Positions 13,741-27,499 of a DNA stretch of 64,000 bases are shown here, piece by piece (the first letter of the stretch is position 1; each line of letters opens with the position of its first letter). The stretch is taken from positions 74,462,001-74,526,000 of the forward strand of contig NC_042998.1 in NCBI RefSeq assembly GCF_006345805.1. The letters are read 5' to 3'. The position numbers were made by a program, and so were the translations under genes. The notes beneath the pieces were generated by a model that worked only from the letters and a program-made list of their open reading frames with translations, did no database searches and was not told where the DNA came from. This DNA is from Octopus sinensis. Its lineage: Eukaryota.

Positions 13741-14569
13741 ATAATGTAACTCCAATTTAAGTAAAGCATTTGTCAGTCAGTACTTTCATTTTTTTTTTTC
13801 CTATATTCAATTCGAGTTTGTTCAGTCATATTCAGAATTGGTTGTGGTTTTTCTTTTTACTATCTTAACATTTCATTTTTTCATCCCATTCTAAATTTAG
13901 TTTTTAGTATTTCAATACATCCTGTTAACATTTCTCCGCCCAACTAACAGTTAACTGTTAGCCAACTGCTAAAGAAAACAGATGTTTTTGTTCATGTTTT
14001 ATACCTATTACTATTAGTTTTATATATTAAATATTTTTGTAGTCTTACAGTGGATATTTCCTGACAATTTTCCAGTTCCAGAAGACTGCGACTTCCCTAT
14101 ATTCGTGGTGCATATAATCGTGCGGGTTAGTGTATTCTAATGCAGTCCTGGTTTTCCTTATTTTCCTATCTATTTTCGCTAATCCAATTGAGAACATTAT
14201 AACTTATTTGCGGAACACCTTGTTATTACCATAATGCATCTGTAATATTTCTTTGCAAACTTTTCCATTTATGTATATTCTGTTTCGCTTAATTCCTATC
14301 TAAGTTTGTGTTTAGTGTAATTATTTTACTTCTTCTGCCTAACAAATGAATGCATTCTTTTTTATTTAGCTTTCCAAACCTATTTTTCTTAGCATGCTGA
14401 TTGTTAAACTTCATGTAAAAAAAAGTTACTAGAGGATGGAACCTCCTTAGACGATTTTTTTGAATGCTAAATGTTGCTATATTTGTTTTTGATACACCAG
14501 TCTATTTAAGGGTATGTTGTGATCCGACAGTACCCACCATACTTCTTATTTTTTTCTCTTACATGCTAA

Positions 14570-14800
14570 AGTTCGATACACAATTTAGAATATTCAACTT
14601 TTATATTGTGGCAATTAGTCCCTGTTGTCTTTCCAAAGATTAGAGATGTAATATGTAGAAGGGTTCCAAATAATTAAAGTCGTCTTTTAGCAAATGCTTT
14701 TTGCTATTCTCTCCAATTAGTAGTTAGGCTTTGAAGTACTAGGTAATCAGAGTTACGAGCAGTATTCCAAGATGCTTAAAACAAAAAATTCCCTGAATAC
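14570..14800 (-). mobile_element. Decayed CR1-clade RT C-terminal fragment
   Basis: Reads FVLSILEYCS*L*..LERI and LHL*SLERQQGLIAT, matching the consensus VRPILEYCSPLW..LERVQ and L.SLE.RR.RGDLI. Confidence 0.6.
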
Positions 14801-14964
14801 CAACGTTATTGATGAATGCCTCGAAGTTAATGTTATCAGTATTGAGCTACTGAGCTCTCGATTAGGTGTTGATTTTATTTATTTTTAGTTCAAGGGAATC
14901 AAGAGGATTATTCATTTGTTATTCATTAGTGTATTCGTTTCTTTCTGCAAATTGAATATATCTC

Positions 14965-15430
14965 TGAAATATTTTAGGAGAACCTACTTGATATTTTAGA
15001 AGGACCTGTTAGATGTTGTAAAGGGTAGGATTAAGACAAGATATTTGAAAGATAATTATGAGTTATAAGTACTTAGGTACTTGTTAGATATTTTAGAAGC
15101 ACCTTTTAGATATTTTAGAAATACCTGTTAAATATTTTAGAGGGACCTGTTAGATATTTTAGGAGTACCTATTGGATATTGGCATTTATCAGATATTTTA
15201 GCTAGATATAGATACTTGTTAGATATTTTAGAGACCCCTATTAGATATTCTAGGGGTAACTATTAAATATTTTAAAGACACTTGTTAGATATTTTAGAGG
15301 TATCTGTGAGGAACCTCTTAAATATACTGGAAGTCTTTGTTAAATATTTTAATGTATTTAAATATTTAAGAAGTACTTGTTGAATATAGGATACTGATAG
15401 ATACTTAAGAGGTGTCTATTAGACATTGTA
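14965..15430. repeat. Degenerate 22-bp minisatellite
   Basis: Unit approximately GATATTTTAGAGGTACCTGTTA, more than 12 copies. Confidence 0.85.
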
Positions 15431-16643
15431 GCTAGAAGTTTGGAAATTTGACCGTCAGTTAGTTAGTTAGTCTGGATGTTTTCCTTCGTATTCTGTCATT
15501 TCTTGTTGGTTTAGAATGTTGTCTCTTTCCGTCAATGATCTAATTTTGCTCTTACATTTTCTTGCTGCCCAAACTCCAGTTTGCTCTAAATTTATTGCGA
15601 GTAATTAGATAGCGTTAAATACATCATTTGTATTTGCATAAAATATATCATTTGTATTTTCAACATCTGGTAATTTTGTCGCAAGGTAATTACATTGCAA
15701 GTCAATGTATCACCGATAAATTCATCTTCAGGCCAATTACTCGTCGCTAAATTTATCATCAAAATTTTTATCTGCAGAATAAAATATACATCGCTCGTTA
15801 AACATTAAAGATTTTATTTGTGGAGTAAATAGGTCACATTTCATTATCAATTTTAAAGAAATTCAAAAGCAAAATATTTCCTCCATATGATCTAGAAATC
15901 TTGAAAAAGGGTCAATCAAGCAACGACGCAATAGTCGAACAGTATACCATGTATATCATCGGTGTGGAAACTCTACATCCACCACCCAAATGAATATATA
16001 AAAGCGTCTTTAATGAATATAAAAATTGTAAAATTCTGGATTATTTACGAGACATTGTTCATAATTTTAGAGTTTCTTTTTCTTCATCCAATTTATAATA
16101 GTGTTATCGCCTACGTGGATTTTTAAAAAAAATTGTGATTTTATGTTTAAAAGCAACTTTGATTTGTTTTGCTTTTGTTTTCCATTTCCATATATAAGAT
16201 GTGTAAATTTGATATTGATATTTTATCCTTCGTCTTTGAACGTCTATTTAATTCCTAAAAAATACGACAATTCCTGTGCGAATAGAAGCTTTGAACAACA
16301 ATTAAGTGATGTATTTACTCCGCTGATAAAAAGCATGGCGATTTATTTGGTATAGCTATGAATTTACTGATGTAATTACGCGTGAGGAATTTATCAGACA
16401 ACATATTCTCCTCCATAGAATTCTTCACGTCTTTTCCTGTTAGCGACTTGTTTTGTCTATCTTAGTTCTTAGGAAAATGGTTTTACTTTGAACTCTTGTT
16501 TGTTCTTTTGGGCTCAAAGAGTTGTTTTGCTTTTCATGACGGCAGATTTTTTACAACAGGTTTCTTGTGTATATTATTTGTTACTTTTATCATATGGATG
16601 TACGGATATTTCCAGATAATATTCTTCCATCTTAGTATTTTAT

Positions 16644-16740
<97 letters not shown>

Positions 16741-16761
16741 TATTTACATATATATGTATAT

Positions 16762-17011
16762 AAAGCCTTGTAAGTGGATTTGGTAGACGGAAACTGAAAG
16801 AAGCCCGTCATATATATATATATATATATACGTGTGTCCTTGTTTATCCCCTGCCATTACCTAATAACCTATGTTGGTGTGTTTATATCTCCGTAACTTA
16901 GCGGTTCGGCTAAAGATATCGATAGAATAAGTACTAGGTGTACACAGAATAACCCCTTAAGGTGGTGCTCCAGCATGGCCGCAGTCAAATGACTGTAACA
17001 TGTAAAAGAAA
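16762..17011 (+). mobile_element. SINE family 2, 5'-truncated
   Basis: GTGGATTTGGTAGACGGAAACTGAAAGAAGCCCGTC-(TA)n ... GGTGCTCCAGCATGGCCGCAGTCAAATGACTG; homologous to 26658-27094. Confidence 0.85.
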
Positions 17012-17877
17012 AACGAAATATGTATATAAGCTGTAATAATGAAGTCAAACCAAATATATACATACATACATACACATATATAATATATGTGTGTGTGTGT
17101 GTATGCGCGCGCACGCGTGTGTTATATATATATATATATATATATATACATACATACATAGATATATATATACATATATTATACATAATTTACACAGACA
17201 TACACATATGTAGTGGTTGTTTCAACTGTGAGTTTCATCTTTGAGACGGCATAACATCTCGGAGGTTCTTATCTACTGAAATATAATTCTCTATCTACCT
17301 CTACGCTATTGTCGTATTTAAAGAGTCCATCTTTCAGATTTTCCATTCTTCTCAACATTTCTCCAGTTCCTTTTTATTCACGATTTTCTTTCTATGCTAT
17401 TCCGGATTTATGTTTTCTTGTTCAATATTTTACTGTCGTTCTACGATTTTCACTTTGCTGGTTTTTGCTCATGTTTGTTTGTTTCACTTGTCTTACCACA
17501 ATCTTCTATGTTTACGTTCACATTAATTTTAACCCTCTTTTCATATATATATATATATATATTCTTGTTTATTTGATTTTTGCCCATCATTTATGTTTCA
17601 TTATACAATCTCTCCCTACATTATTCAATTTCTGTGTCTGATATCTTTTTCGTCTCCCGAATATATTTTCTTGAATTAGCTTGTCCTTTGGGATTCAAAG
17701 TTACTTAACGATTAGGGTGAGCATCCTTTTTTTTAAATATGCATAATAGGATAGGATCTCAGTTTGCTCTGTCACGCGCGCACACACACACATACACATA
17801 GAGCACCATATGCATTTTATGCATGGAAATAAGAATTACTGCCAGTACACTTTGTTAAATCATTTATAGAAAACATT

Positions 17878-18062
17878 GGTTTCAACTTTTGGCAGAAGCC
17901 CAGCAAGTCCGGGGGAAGCGGGTAAGTCGATTACATCGACCCAGTGCTCAACTTTTACTTATTTTATCAACCCCGAAAAGATGAAAAGCTAAGTCGACCT
18001 CAGTGGAAATGCCGCTAAGCATTTTAGCCGGCACGCTAATGATGCTGCCTGCTCATCGCCTT
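17878..18062 (-). mobile_element. SINE family 1
   Basis: Reverse-complement family-1 body and head. Confidence 0.8.
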
Positions 18063-19052
18063 GTGTTTAGAAAATTCTAAGAATTAAAAGAATTAAAGAA
18101 TTAAAATCGCGTGGTATAAAAACAAAAGCAAAAACGAAAACAACAAGAAAATCGCAGCAAAGATGCATGATAGTGGTGTCAGACATGGCATGCAGACCAT
18201 CATATAATTTGTTTTACTCTTCTCCTATTTTATTTTGACATGCGCAGTGCGTGTTTATACGTCTCTTTCCGGCTCCTACACAAAACTGTTTACATATCAC
18301 AACCATCTCATGAACTTGCGTTCGTGAGGAGGGCTTCGCGCTCCGATGGCCCTGAAAAAGATTAAAATACGCGGCTACGTCACTGGCATTGTTCGTTAGT
18401 TGTAGGTTTATATATACCTCAAGGGGAAATTGCATAAACAAATTTTAAAGCGAACTTGTACTTACTAAAAGATTTGCAAAGCGCAAACATTTTGAAACAC
18501 TAAAAAAAAATATACCGAAAAATATTTACCAAAACTTATTCTTGGAATTAAGATATATTTTGAAACAACCCCTAGCTAAACACATAAAAATGAAAACAAA
18601 AACAAAAAGTGAGACAAATCACTATCCAGAAGCCTTTTCTCGGGACATTGGAACTAAATCGGAACGAATACGGGAAAACCAAGACGTCTGGACACCCTGC
18701 TTAAGATCAGAGTTATTCTCATTTCTTCGCTGTCAGTGTTGACCGGTACTAAACAACTACACTTAATGATTGCTTGTCACATATCTGAACTGTATAACTT
18801 TATATTTAGTGTAAGTGATAAATTTTATCGACATAAAACTTTGCTTCTTATATTCTTTCTCCGTACATTACTACTGTTGTGCAGTCACTGAAGTTCCATT
18901 GATTTTATATTCTCACTTTACATCTCAAAAAGTTTTATGAATTAGTTCCAGGAGAAAGTGTCATTCTTCTCCTGCTTTGCTGGACTTGTTTTATAAATGG
19001 ATGAGTAGAAAATCACTGGTGGAGTACTTTAAGGAGGTGAAATGAAGTGCTC

Positions 19053-19290
19053 AAGGCGGCGAGCTGACAGAAACGTTAGCACGCCGGGCGAAATGCTTAG
19101 CAGTATTTCGTCTGCCGTTACGTTCTGAGTTCAAATTCCACCGTAGTCGACTTTGCCTTTCATCCTTTCGGGGTCGATAAAATAAGTACCAGTTACGCAC
19201 TGGGGTCGATGTAATCGACTTAATCCGTTTGTCTGTCCTTGTTTGTCCTCTCTGTGTTTAGCCCCTTGTGGGTAGTAAAGAAATAGAAAT
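19053..19290 (+). mobile_element. SINE family 1, apparently complete copy
   Basis: AAGGCGGCGAGCTGACAGAAACGTTAGC head, GAGTTCAAATTCC B-box, tail GTAAAGAAATAGAAAT. Confidence 0.9.
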
Positions 19291-19522
19291 GAAGTGTTTA
19301 ATACGAAATTTAATGAAATACAGTTACAGTTACCGAGAATGATGTTTGAATTGAGTAGTTTTTTTTTTGTTTTTGTGGAAAGGAATGAACAACGTAGGGG
19401 TTCGTCATTCATGATTGTTGCAGCTGTTGGAGGACAAGGAGAAGATAGAGAGTATTAGTGGGGGCTTGTAGATTAGGAACCATTGACATTACTGTAACTA
19501 AAAAGTTTCTGAGAAATCTTAG

Positions 19523-19693
19523 CACCCACTACACTCGCGGAGTGGTTGGCGTTAGGAAGGGCATCCAGCCGTAGAAACTCTGCCAGATCAGACTGGAGCC
19601 TGGAGCAGCCCCTGGCTTCCCAGACCCCGGTCGAACCGTCCAACCCGTGCTAGCGCGGAAAACGGACGTTAAACGATGATGATGATGATGATG
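19523..19693 (+). mobile_element. 3' end of an RTE-type LINE with (GAT)n tail
   Basis: GAGTGGTTGGCGTTAGGAAGGGCATCCAGCCGTAGAAA ... GGACGTTAAACGATGATGATG is a typical RTE 3' UTR and tail. Confidence 0.8.
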
Positions 19694-20198
19694 TTATTTC
19701 CTGTTCAAGTCCAGAAAACCAGCCTTACATAATAAACGTGTGGTTGCCATGAGCGGTTAGAGAGCAAGACTATGTGTTTGTAAAGGAGTGCGAACGTTTA
19801 GTTGTACCGTCCATAATGTGTGATACTCTTTGTTTCCTTGGCAAATGATTGTGTTACGATGTTGATGAATGGAACAAGTATCGGTGTATATTGTTGTCGT
19901 CGTCGTTGTTGTTAACTCAGACATCACATTGTCTTCTCTGGTACACAATGATAGTATATTTACTTGAAATACAAACGTGAAAAATTCCAAAGAACTGCAC
20001 CTTTGCATCTATAAAGATATCGAAGCTACCTCTCAGTGGAACAGCTTCTAAACTGAAGAATTTTATACGTTAAACTTAGCTTCTGTGACTATTCGCGAAA
20101 TACCATTTCCTTAACATTGTCAAAATGTTATCATTCAACTTCTTTGTCTCGTTGGACACAATAATAAATTCTTCAGTGTTTAGCAACGACTGCCATTC

Positions 20199-20275
<77 letters not shown>

Positions 20276-20814
20276 CTGCATGCATACACTGACAGACAAG
20301 TATAATAGCTACAGTAGCTATATATGCATCATATAGTAATGTTAGTTGTAGCAGTCATGGTTAGTTGCTGCTGCTCGTGGTAGAAATAACTGGTGATTAA
20401 GTATTAACAAGACACACATTGACATATCTCTATAAATCAACACAGTTCCGTTAATAGACACCACAAAAGTAATGCGTCAAGACGGCTCCATACGAACTCT
20501 CATAGAACTCTGAAACACAAACGGCGATGCTGTCGTTCTCTCTTAATCGATGTAATAATTAATGATTAGAAAACAAAAAGACAATACGATGAAATGTGCT
20601 ATGAAAGATTAATCACTCATTTTTACAGGGGCATCATATGAAAGTGGAGAAATCTGTCAGATCGCTATATTAAACTTAATCGTTTCATATAAATATGTGT
20701 CACAGAAGGTACATTTGATATGCAACACACACACACACACACACACACCAAGAGGTTATCTGTTATTGGCTATTTTTTATATCAGGTGTACGTATTTATG
20801 CGTAACCCCTTTTA

Positions 20815-21142
<328 letters not shown>

Positions 21143-21226
21143 TGCATATCATCTGTATCGCCATATGTGTGTATATATGTATGTATATGAAATATATGTA
21201 TATGTATGTATATATATATATATATA

Positions 21227-21380
21227 CTTTATTTAAAGCAGCAGAAAATTCCACAAAATCTGTTACTCAGAGTAACAGATTTTGTTGAATTTTCTGCTGC
21301 TTTAAATAAAGCATATTACTCTACCACTGGTATTTGAGTACTCTTTTTTCCACCTTGTTTCACATTTATGTGTTTACTCT

Positions 21381-21385
<5 letters not shown>
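21227..21385 (+). mobile_element. Penelope-like terminal fragment with an 85-bp palindrome
   Basis: Arms 21227-21268 and 21270-21311, 1 mismatch, 1-nt centre. GAGTAACAG..TTTGT is homologous to the sequence just after the hammerhead core at 35507-35552. Confidence 0.6.
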
Positions 21386-21423
<38 letters not shown>

Positions 21424-22029
21424 CACATACATACACATATGGTTAATGAGACACGGAAGACGGAAGGGACAAGAATTTTTATGAATCACAACAATTGTTT
21501 CGACTCATCTAGTATCGATCCCTCACGGCTGGGATACTTAACAACTTGTTTAGGGCCATCAGTCGGTGTAGATGAGTCTATTCGGGTGATAATTTGATAT
21601 AACACCTTAAAATAACAATTGATCCGTAAGGTATCTCCTCGGTGCGTGTAAAGGAAAGCAACAAATTAAAGGATATAGCTTCATTTGCACAAATGATCAA
21701 TGATAAAAAAAAATAACTGATACAAAAAAGAAAATACTTAATCCTTGTTCTTATATTTAATCTTTCCTCAGACTTGCACTGACTCCGCAATCAGAAACCT
21801 CGTAAAGACCTTCATACCAGACTTGTACCTTTCGATAGCTCAAAGACACACGCTCACTACATATAGCTAAAGGGCAACAGTGGTCTCTGATTAAGGTATG
21901 AAACCAGCAATTTTGAGGGGTGGGTATTAGTCAATTATATCAACCCCTGGACTTGATTTGTATGTTAGGTAAACTTGACTTCGGTGGATTTTGAACTCAG
22001 AACAGAACAAATGCAGTGAGGCATAATAA

Positions 22030-22620
22030 TGGTTTCAAATTTTGGCACGAGGTCAGCTATTTTGAGGGAGGAGCATGTCAATTACATCGACCCCAGTGGT
22101 ACTTATTTTATAGACCTTAAAAAAAAAAACAACAAAAAAAAAAGGCAAAATCGAACCCGGCGGAGTCTGAACTCAGAACATAAAGACGGACGAAATGCCG
22201 CTAAGTATTTTGCTCACCGCGCTAACGATTTAACGATTCAAGTGCTGAAAGGATGGCACAAGAGCACAACGCACTACCCGGCCGAGGAATTGAAACCACG
22301 GTCGCGCGATCGTAAGTACAAATAGCCTAATCACTAGGCTTGCACCCAGTACAAGTACGAGGCCAGTAATTTCAGGGAAGGGGCCAAGTCGATGTAGTCA
22401 CCGCCAGACAGACATCACTCGGCACTCATACCTTTGACTTAGCGGAGCATCCAGTATGTAATAGCTGGGTGAAGAGATGGCTGTGCAGTTACCCGAAAGG
22501 TAGTTATTACAACCAAACAGACTGGAACAATGTTTAATGAAGTGCACACGACTCGATCCAGGAACTGAAATCATGGTTTTATGATCATGAGCTGATCACA
22601 CATACTCCTTGGCTTCACAC
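22030..22620 (-). mobile_element. Cluster of SINE fragments (family 1 at 22030-22230, family-3-like head at 22245-22345, further decayed pieces)
   Basis: Reverse-complement family-1 body; tRNA-like A/B-box heads. Confidence 0.7.
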
Positions 22621-22944
22621 GCGCTCGCGCGCACACATACACACATCATTCATAAAAAATACTCCAATGTGCAAACATTAACTGCATGTTTACCTCTGAT
22701 GCGGAAGCTGCATACCAGGGGGGTAATCTCGTGAAGACTTTATACCGCTTTGGTTTAATATTCACACTCTATTTTCGTATTGAGCACATTTCTTTCCATC
22801 GTTTGCAAAGTCAAACATTGATCAATTCCATCTAACCATAAACACACATGCACATACATGCATGCGTACGCATACGCACACACATACACACACATGCACA
22901 CACACGAACACACATACACACATACATATATATGTGTATACATT

Positions 22945-23135
22945 ACAGCTGCCCAAGCAAGTATGGCATGGTGGCATGTATCATACTTTCGCTAATTCTC
23001 TTAGATGCCAAACATGGACGTTCACTCACATTCCCAGCCTTTGACTCAGCTGAGTAGACCGCCGCGCTGCTCGGTTCAAGAATTGAACCAGCAACCTCAT
23101 ATGACCATAAGTCAAAACCATAACCATTAGACCAA
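22945..23135 (-). mobile_element. Decayed tRNA-derived SINE
   Basis: Minus strand TGGTCTAATGG (A-box-like) ... GGTTCAATTC (B-box-like). Confidence 0.5.
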
Positions 23136-23181
23136 CACACACACACACGCACACACATTCACACGCTTTAAATGTGTGTCT

Positions 23182-23410
23182 TTTATCTTTTATTTGTTTC
23201 AGTCGTTAGATAATGCGGCCATGCTGGGGCAACCTTCAAGAATTTTAGTCGAATGAATCGACTCAAGTAGTTATGTTTGTTTTTTTATACCTTGTACTTA
23301 TTCTATCGGTTCCTTTGTCGAACCGCTATTTTATGGGGACGTAAACACCGATACCGGTAGTCAAGCGGTAGTGGAGGACAAACACACACACGTGCACACA
23401 TACAATGGGC
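23182..23410 (-). mobile_element. SINE family 2, 3' half
   Basis: GCGGCCATGCTGGGGCA ... GTAAACACCGATACCGGTAGTCAAGCGG. Confidence 0.8.
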
Positions 23411-23640
23411 TTCTTTTACTCACAACCTGGAATTATGCAGTTGGGAAGGAAACTCCGTGCCACGTAGTCACTCGTATTATATATATATATATAACTTATA
23501 AACAAAGGCAAAAGAAAAAAAAGAAAAAATTGTTTATAAATTTAACCTTTAAAGGTATTTTATAATATACTGGCCATTGATAGAATTTTTTTGGAAAAAT
23601 TTTATCTTATATTAGATGTATATATATATATATATATATA

Positions 23641-23792
23641 CGAGTGGAGCGGCCATGTTTACACTGTAAAGTCAGAAAGAAAATGGCGCGGTCAGGCTCA
23701 AACTTCGATCACGGGACCACAATAGTACCAACTATATGCAGGCATGCGCAAAAGGCAGTGTGACAATAATAAAGATATGCTCTGACGTAAGT
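23641..23792. promoter_or_regulatory. Candidate CpG-rich promoter or first exon
   Basis: YY1-type motifs AAACATGGCCGC (minus, 23649-23660) and GAAAATGGCGCGG (23679-23691); NRF1-like GGCATGCGCA (23741-23750); GTAAGT donor-like site at 23787. Motif matches only. Confidence 0.35.
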
Positions 23793-23819
23793 GTGGATAA
23801 CTTTTGACTTCGCTTCGTA

Positions 23820-23856
<37 letters not shown>

Positions 23857-25195
23857 ATAATACTTTTGTAACTGTATTATATGGTCAAGAAGTTCATGTA
23901 ACCATATTTAATAATCTACATTAGTGATCATTGTTTGCTATTCATTGTCGCTGTACATTCACAAACTTTGTATGACTTCACATTATTGCTAAAGATAATA
24001 GATCACAAAATGATAATTTATAATAATAGCTTTGTGATACAAATTGTAGATACCTTAATACACAATTGATTAAGAAGACAAAAACAAAACCTGGACAAAA
24101 CATTAATTCCTAAATTCTGAGTTGTATCAATTAGTCAGACATTTAAAAAAAAATAAAATAGAATGGAAATGAATGCAACGTTCTTATGATTCAGCTGCCT
24201 TCCAGAATATTCTTAGAATGAAACAAAGAAAAAGACAAATGAAAGAAATAAGCTATTGAACCAACAACATAAAAGAAATAACAAAGAAATACGAAAGCGA
24301 GCTGTCCATTGATTCTTGACGTTCTGTCTAAGACTTGATTCCATTTTCTTATTATTTTCCATCAAGATATAAGATATAAAGATGGTAGACAAAGTTCTAC
24401 GCGCCAGTAGCGTATATTTATTAAGTTTTATCCATGTATCTTTCCTAATATATGATATAACTTGCTTAATATTTTAGTTGTGTATCTTCTAAAAGGTTGT
24501 GTATAAATTCATAACGTAATTTTTGTCTAATCCATTGTATATTTTGGTGAAAATGTTTTATAAGTTATTTTCTCTTTCCGCGTATCTCCCACGTAAAACA
24601 CTACTTAATATATAATATATTTTGTCTAGATATTGCACAACCTACAATAGAACTCAACTCAATAAATATTCCATAAAGGATTTTAGTAATTTTTCTATCT
24701 TTAAAGTAATAAATGTGAAGCTCTTGTAAAGAATAAATCACCTATATGAAAATGGCTGATGTTTTTTCATCTTGCGCTTTAGCGTGGCTTTTAATATTTC
24801 TTATTGGTAATATTTGGTTCATACATACATACATTATATATGTATATATATATATTTACACACAAACACATACATATATCCATATGTATGCACACACAGA
24901 CACGTATAAATATATGTGTTCTTATATACGCACATACATATATTTATATATATAGGTTTCGTAGAACTCGGTATATGAGAATATATTAAAATTTTTAGTC
25001 AGCAGAATGCATGAAAAGTGACTCAAGGACGGCGAATTCGTCTAATGCACTCACGAAACTGATTTATAACCTGAGGGTTAGTTCCGTGTACAATTAACAT
25101 TGGAGAGTTATGTGCTAATGAGAAACTTAAAAAAAATCTTCCCATTAAACAGCAGGTAAGCTTAATAGAAAACGAAATACAGACAAATACGTACA

Positions 25196-25390
25196 TAGGT
25201 GCAGATACAGCTATGGCTTTATGAAGTCTGGTTTGAAATTATGTGGTTTCGGTTTCAGTCTCACTACACGGCACCGTGGACAAATGCTTTTTAGCATACA
25301 CCGAGGACGACTGATGCTGTGTGAGCGAATTTGATGAAAGGAAACTGTAGAAGCTCATCATATATGTATACGTGTATGCGTGTGTTATGC
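25196..25390 (+). mobile_element. SINE family 2, decayed 5' half
   Basis: GGTTTCGGTTTCAGTCTCACTACACGGCACCGTGGACAAATGC ... GGAAACTGTAGAAGCTCATC. Confidence 0.65.
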
Positions 25391-26065
25391 ATACGTGTGC
25401 AGTCGTTTTCGTCGTTCATTACTTATATATGTTGCCTCTGTCACATCTAACATTACCGAAGTGGCACTGATTACACAGAAATGACTGTTAACCAATTTAA
25501 GAACATATTCCAACAACATAGTTATACATTCAGAAACCTGTAGGTAAACAAAACAAAAAAGCTTTTAAAAAAATCAGGACCCTAACAACCTCATTTCTTT
25601 TCTTAAAAATATAACACTATACACCCTATAAAAGTTACCTATAAAACAAAACCTTCCTGTATTGTTTGTACTGGGAAAATATTTTCAATCCTGAAACACA
25701 AATCCCAAACGTTGAGTAAGCTCGCAGAATTAATCTCTTTATATCCTCCCATGCACGGGTATCTCCTTAAATACCATGATGACATTCAAACAGCGGTGTC
25801 AGGAGATTCAAATAGAACAAAACGCTTGCTTTCACTTTTCAAATAATAATTAGCAACATAGCTAATGACAACTTAAGAGCAATCAATTGTGTCCAAACTA
25901 CATGAACGTGCAGTAATTCTCCCACAATAGCTCAGTATCAAAAACCAGCAAGGGAATATTTGTCTTTTCCTTTCTTTTTAATAAGCTCTCATAATCCCCA
26001 CCACCACACTATTTCTACTGTGACACAAATATACATACGTCTTTACAAACACACACCTTCAGATA

Positions 26066-26287
26066 TACGAGGGCGTACTGAAAAGTTCCTGGCTCTGAGT
26101 AAAAGAAAATACAGAAGGATCAGTTAATCATGATTTTATACAATATATTCCCCGCTCAAATTCACACCCTTAATTGTAGCGGTCCTTTAGTTTTTCTAAG
26201 CCAAGTGAAAGAACTCGGAAGCTTGGGCCTACAACTAGGCCTTTCGCGATACCCTTAAACTCAGGAACCTTTCAACACCCACTCGTG
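26066..26287. mobile_element. Mariner-type MITE (copy 1 of 3)
   Basis: TACGAGGGCGTACTGAAAAGTTCCTG ... CAGGAACCTTTCAACACCCACTCG imperfect TIRs, TA flank. Confidence 0.8.
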
Positions 26288-26579
26288 TATAAGTCTCAGA
26301 TGGTCCCAAAGAAGTGGACTAACGTAATGAATACGATTTTATAAGCACACGCACATGCACATGGACTTTAGACACTTTAAACAAGCACAGAGACACGTAT
26401 CCGCATTCACGAAGCACAATGACAGGGAAAACCGTGAACGCATGTTTCAAATATATCCCCATCTTAATACAATGGTGAGCTCTTTTTAGAATCAACATAT
26501 CACGTGCAGAGAGAACAAAAGATATTTCCTTAGATTACCTGATGGGGTATGCTATGGCGAACAGAATACATCCATGTTA

Positions 26580-26627
<48 letters not shown>

Positions 26628-26657
26628 ATCTATCTATCTATATATATATATTTTTTT

Positions 26658-26860
26658 TTTGACTGCGGCCATGCTGGAGCACCGCCTTTAATCGAGCAAC
26701 TTGACCCCGCGACTTATTCTTTTGTAAGCCCAGTACTTATTCTATCGGTCTCTTTTGCCGAACCGCTAAGTAACGGGGACGTAAACACACCAGCATCGGT
26801 TGTCAAGCAATGCTAGGGGGACAAATACAGACACACAAACACACACACGCATATATATAT

Positions 26861-26931
<71 letters not shown>

Positions 26932-27094
26932 CGACGAGCTTCTTTCAGTTTCCGTCTACCAAATCCACTCACAAGGCTTTGGTCAGCCCGAAGCTATAGT
27001 AGAAGACACTTGCCCAAGGTGCCACGCAGTGGGACTGAACCCGGAACCATGTGGTTGGTAAACAAGCTACTTACCACACAGCCACTCCTGCGCC
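26658..27094 (-). mobile_element. SINE family 2, complete (CORE-like central domain, internal TA/CA microsatellite)
   Basis: Minus strand GGCGCAGGAGTGGCTGTGTGG head, GGTTCAGTCCC B-box, CCTTGGGCAAGTGTCTT CORE-like motif. Resembles described octopus OR-type SINEs (assignment from memory). Confidence 0.9.
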
Positions 27095-27108
27095 TATATA
27101 TATATATA

Positions 27109-27413
27109 GTGAAGGCGCATGGCTCAGTGGTTACAGCGTCGAGCTTACGATCGTGAGGTTGTGAGCTCGAATCCCGGACCGGGCTGCGTGTTGTGTTCTT
27201 GAGCAAGACACTTTATTTCACTCAGTTCACTCAGCTGTAGAAATGAGTTGCGACGTCACAGGTACCAAGCTGTATCGGCCTTTGCCTTTCCCTTGGATAA
27301 CACTGGTGGCTTGGAGAGGGGAGGTCGGTATGCATAGTCTTGCCCGGACTTGTGCCTGGGAGGGTAACTTTCTAGGTGCAATCCAATGGTCTGTGTCGTG
27401 ACCGAAGGGGGTC

Positions 27414-27415
<2 letters not shown>
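27109..27415 (+). mobile_element. SINE family 3 (tRNA head, CORE-like domain)
   Basis: A-box TGGCTCAGTGG, B-box-like CTCGAATCCC, TTGAGCAAGACACTT domain; followed by (TCTA)n. Confidence 0.85.
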
Positions 27416-27497
<82 letters not shown>

Positions 27498-27499
27498 AT

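Noticed and set aside
14965-15430. CRISPR-like array
   Set aside because: The DNA is eukaryotic and the units are degenerate tandem copies without unique spacers; it is an ordinary minisatellite.
18214-18441. ORF with GKRR and cysteines, considered as a neuropeptide precursor; also ETS/NRF1-like motifs
   Set aside because: No signal peptide and no match to vasopressin-family or other known peptide spacing; the motifs alone are insufficient.
27109-27190. tRNA gene
   Set aside because: It is a SINE head followed by a CORE-like body, with no complete cloverleaf. The same applies to the other A/B-box matches.
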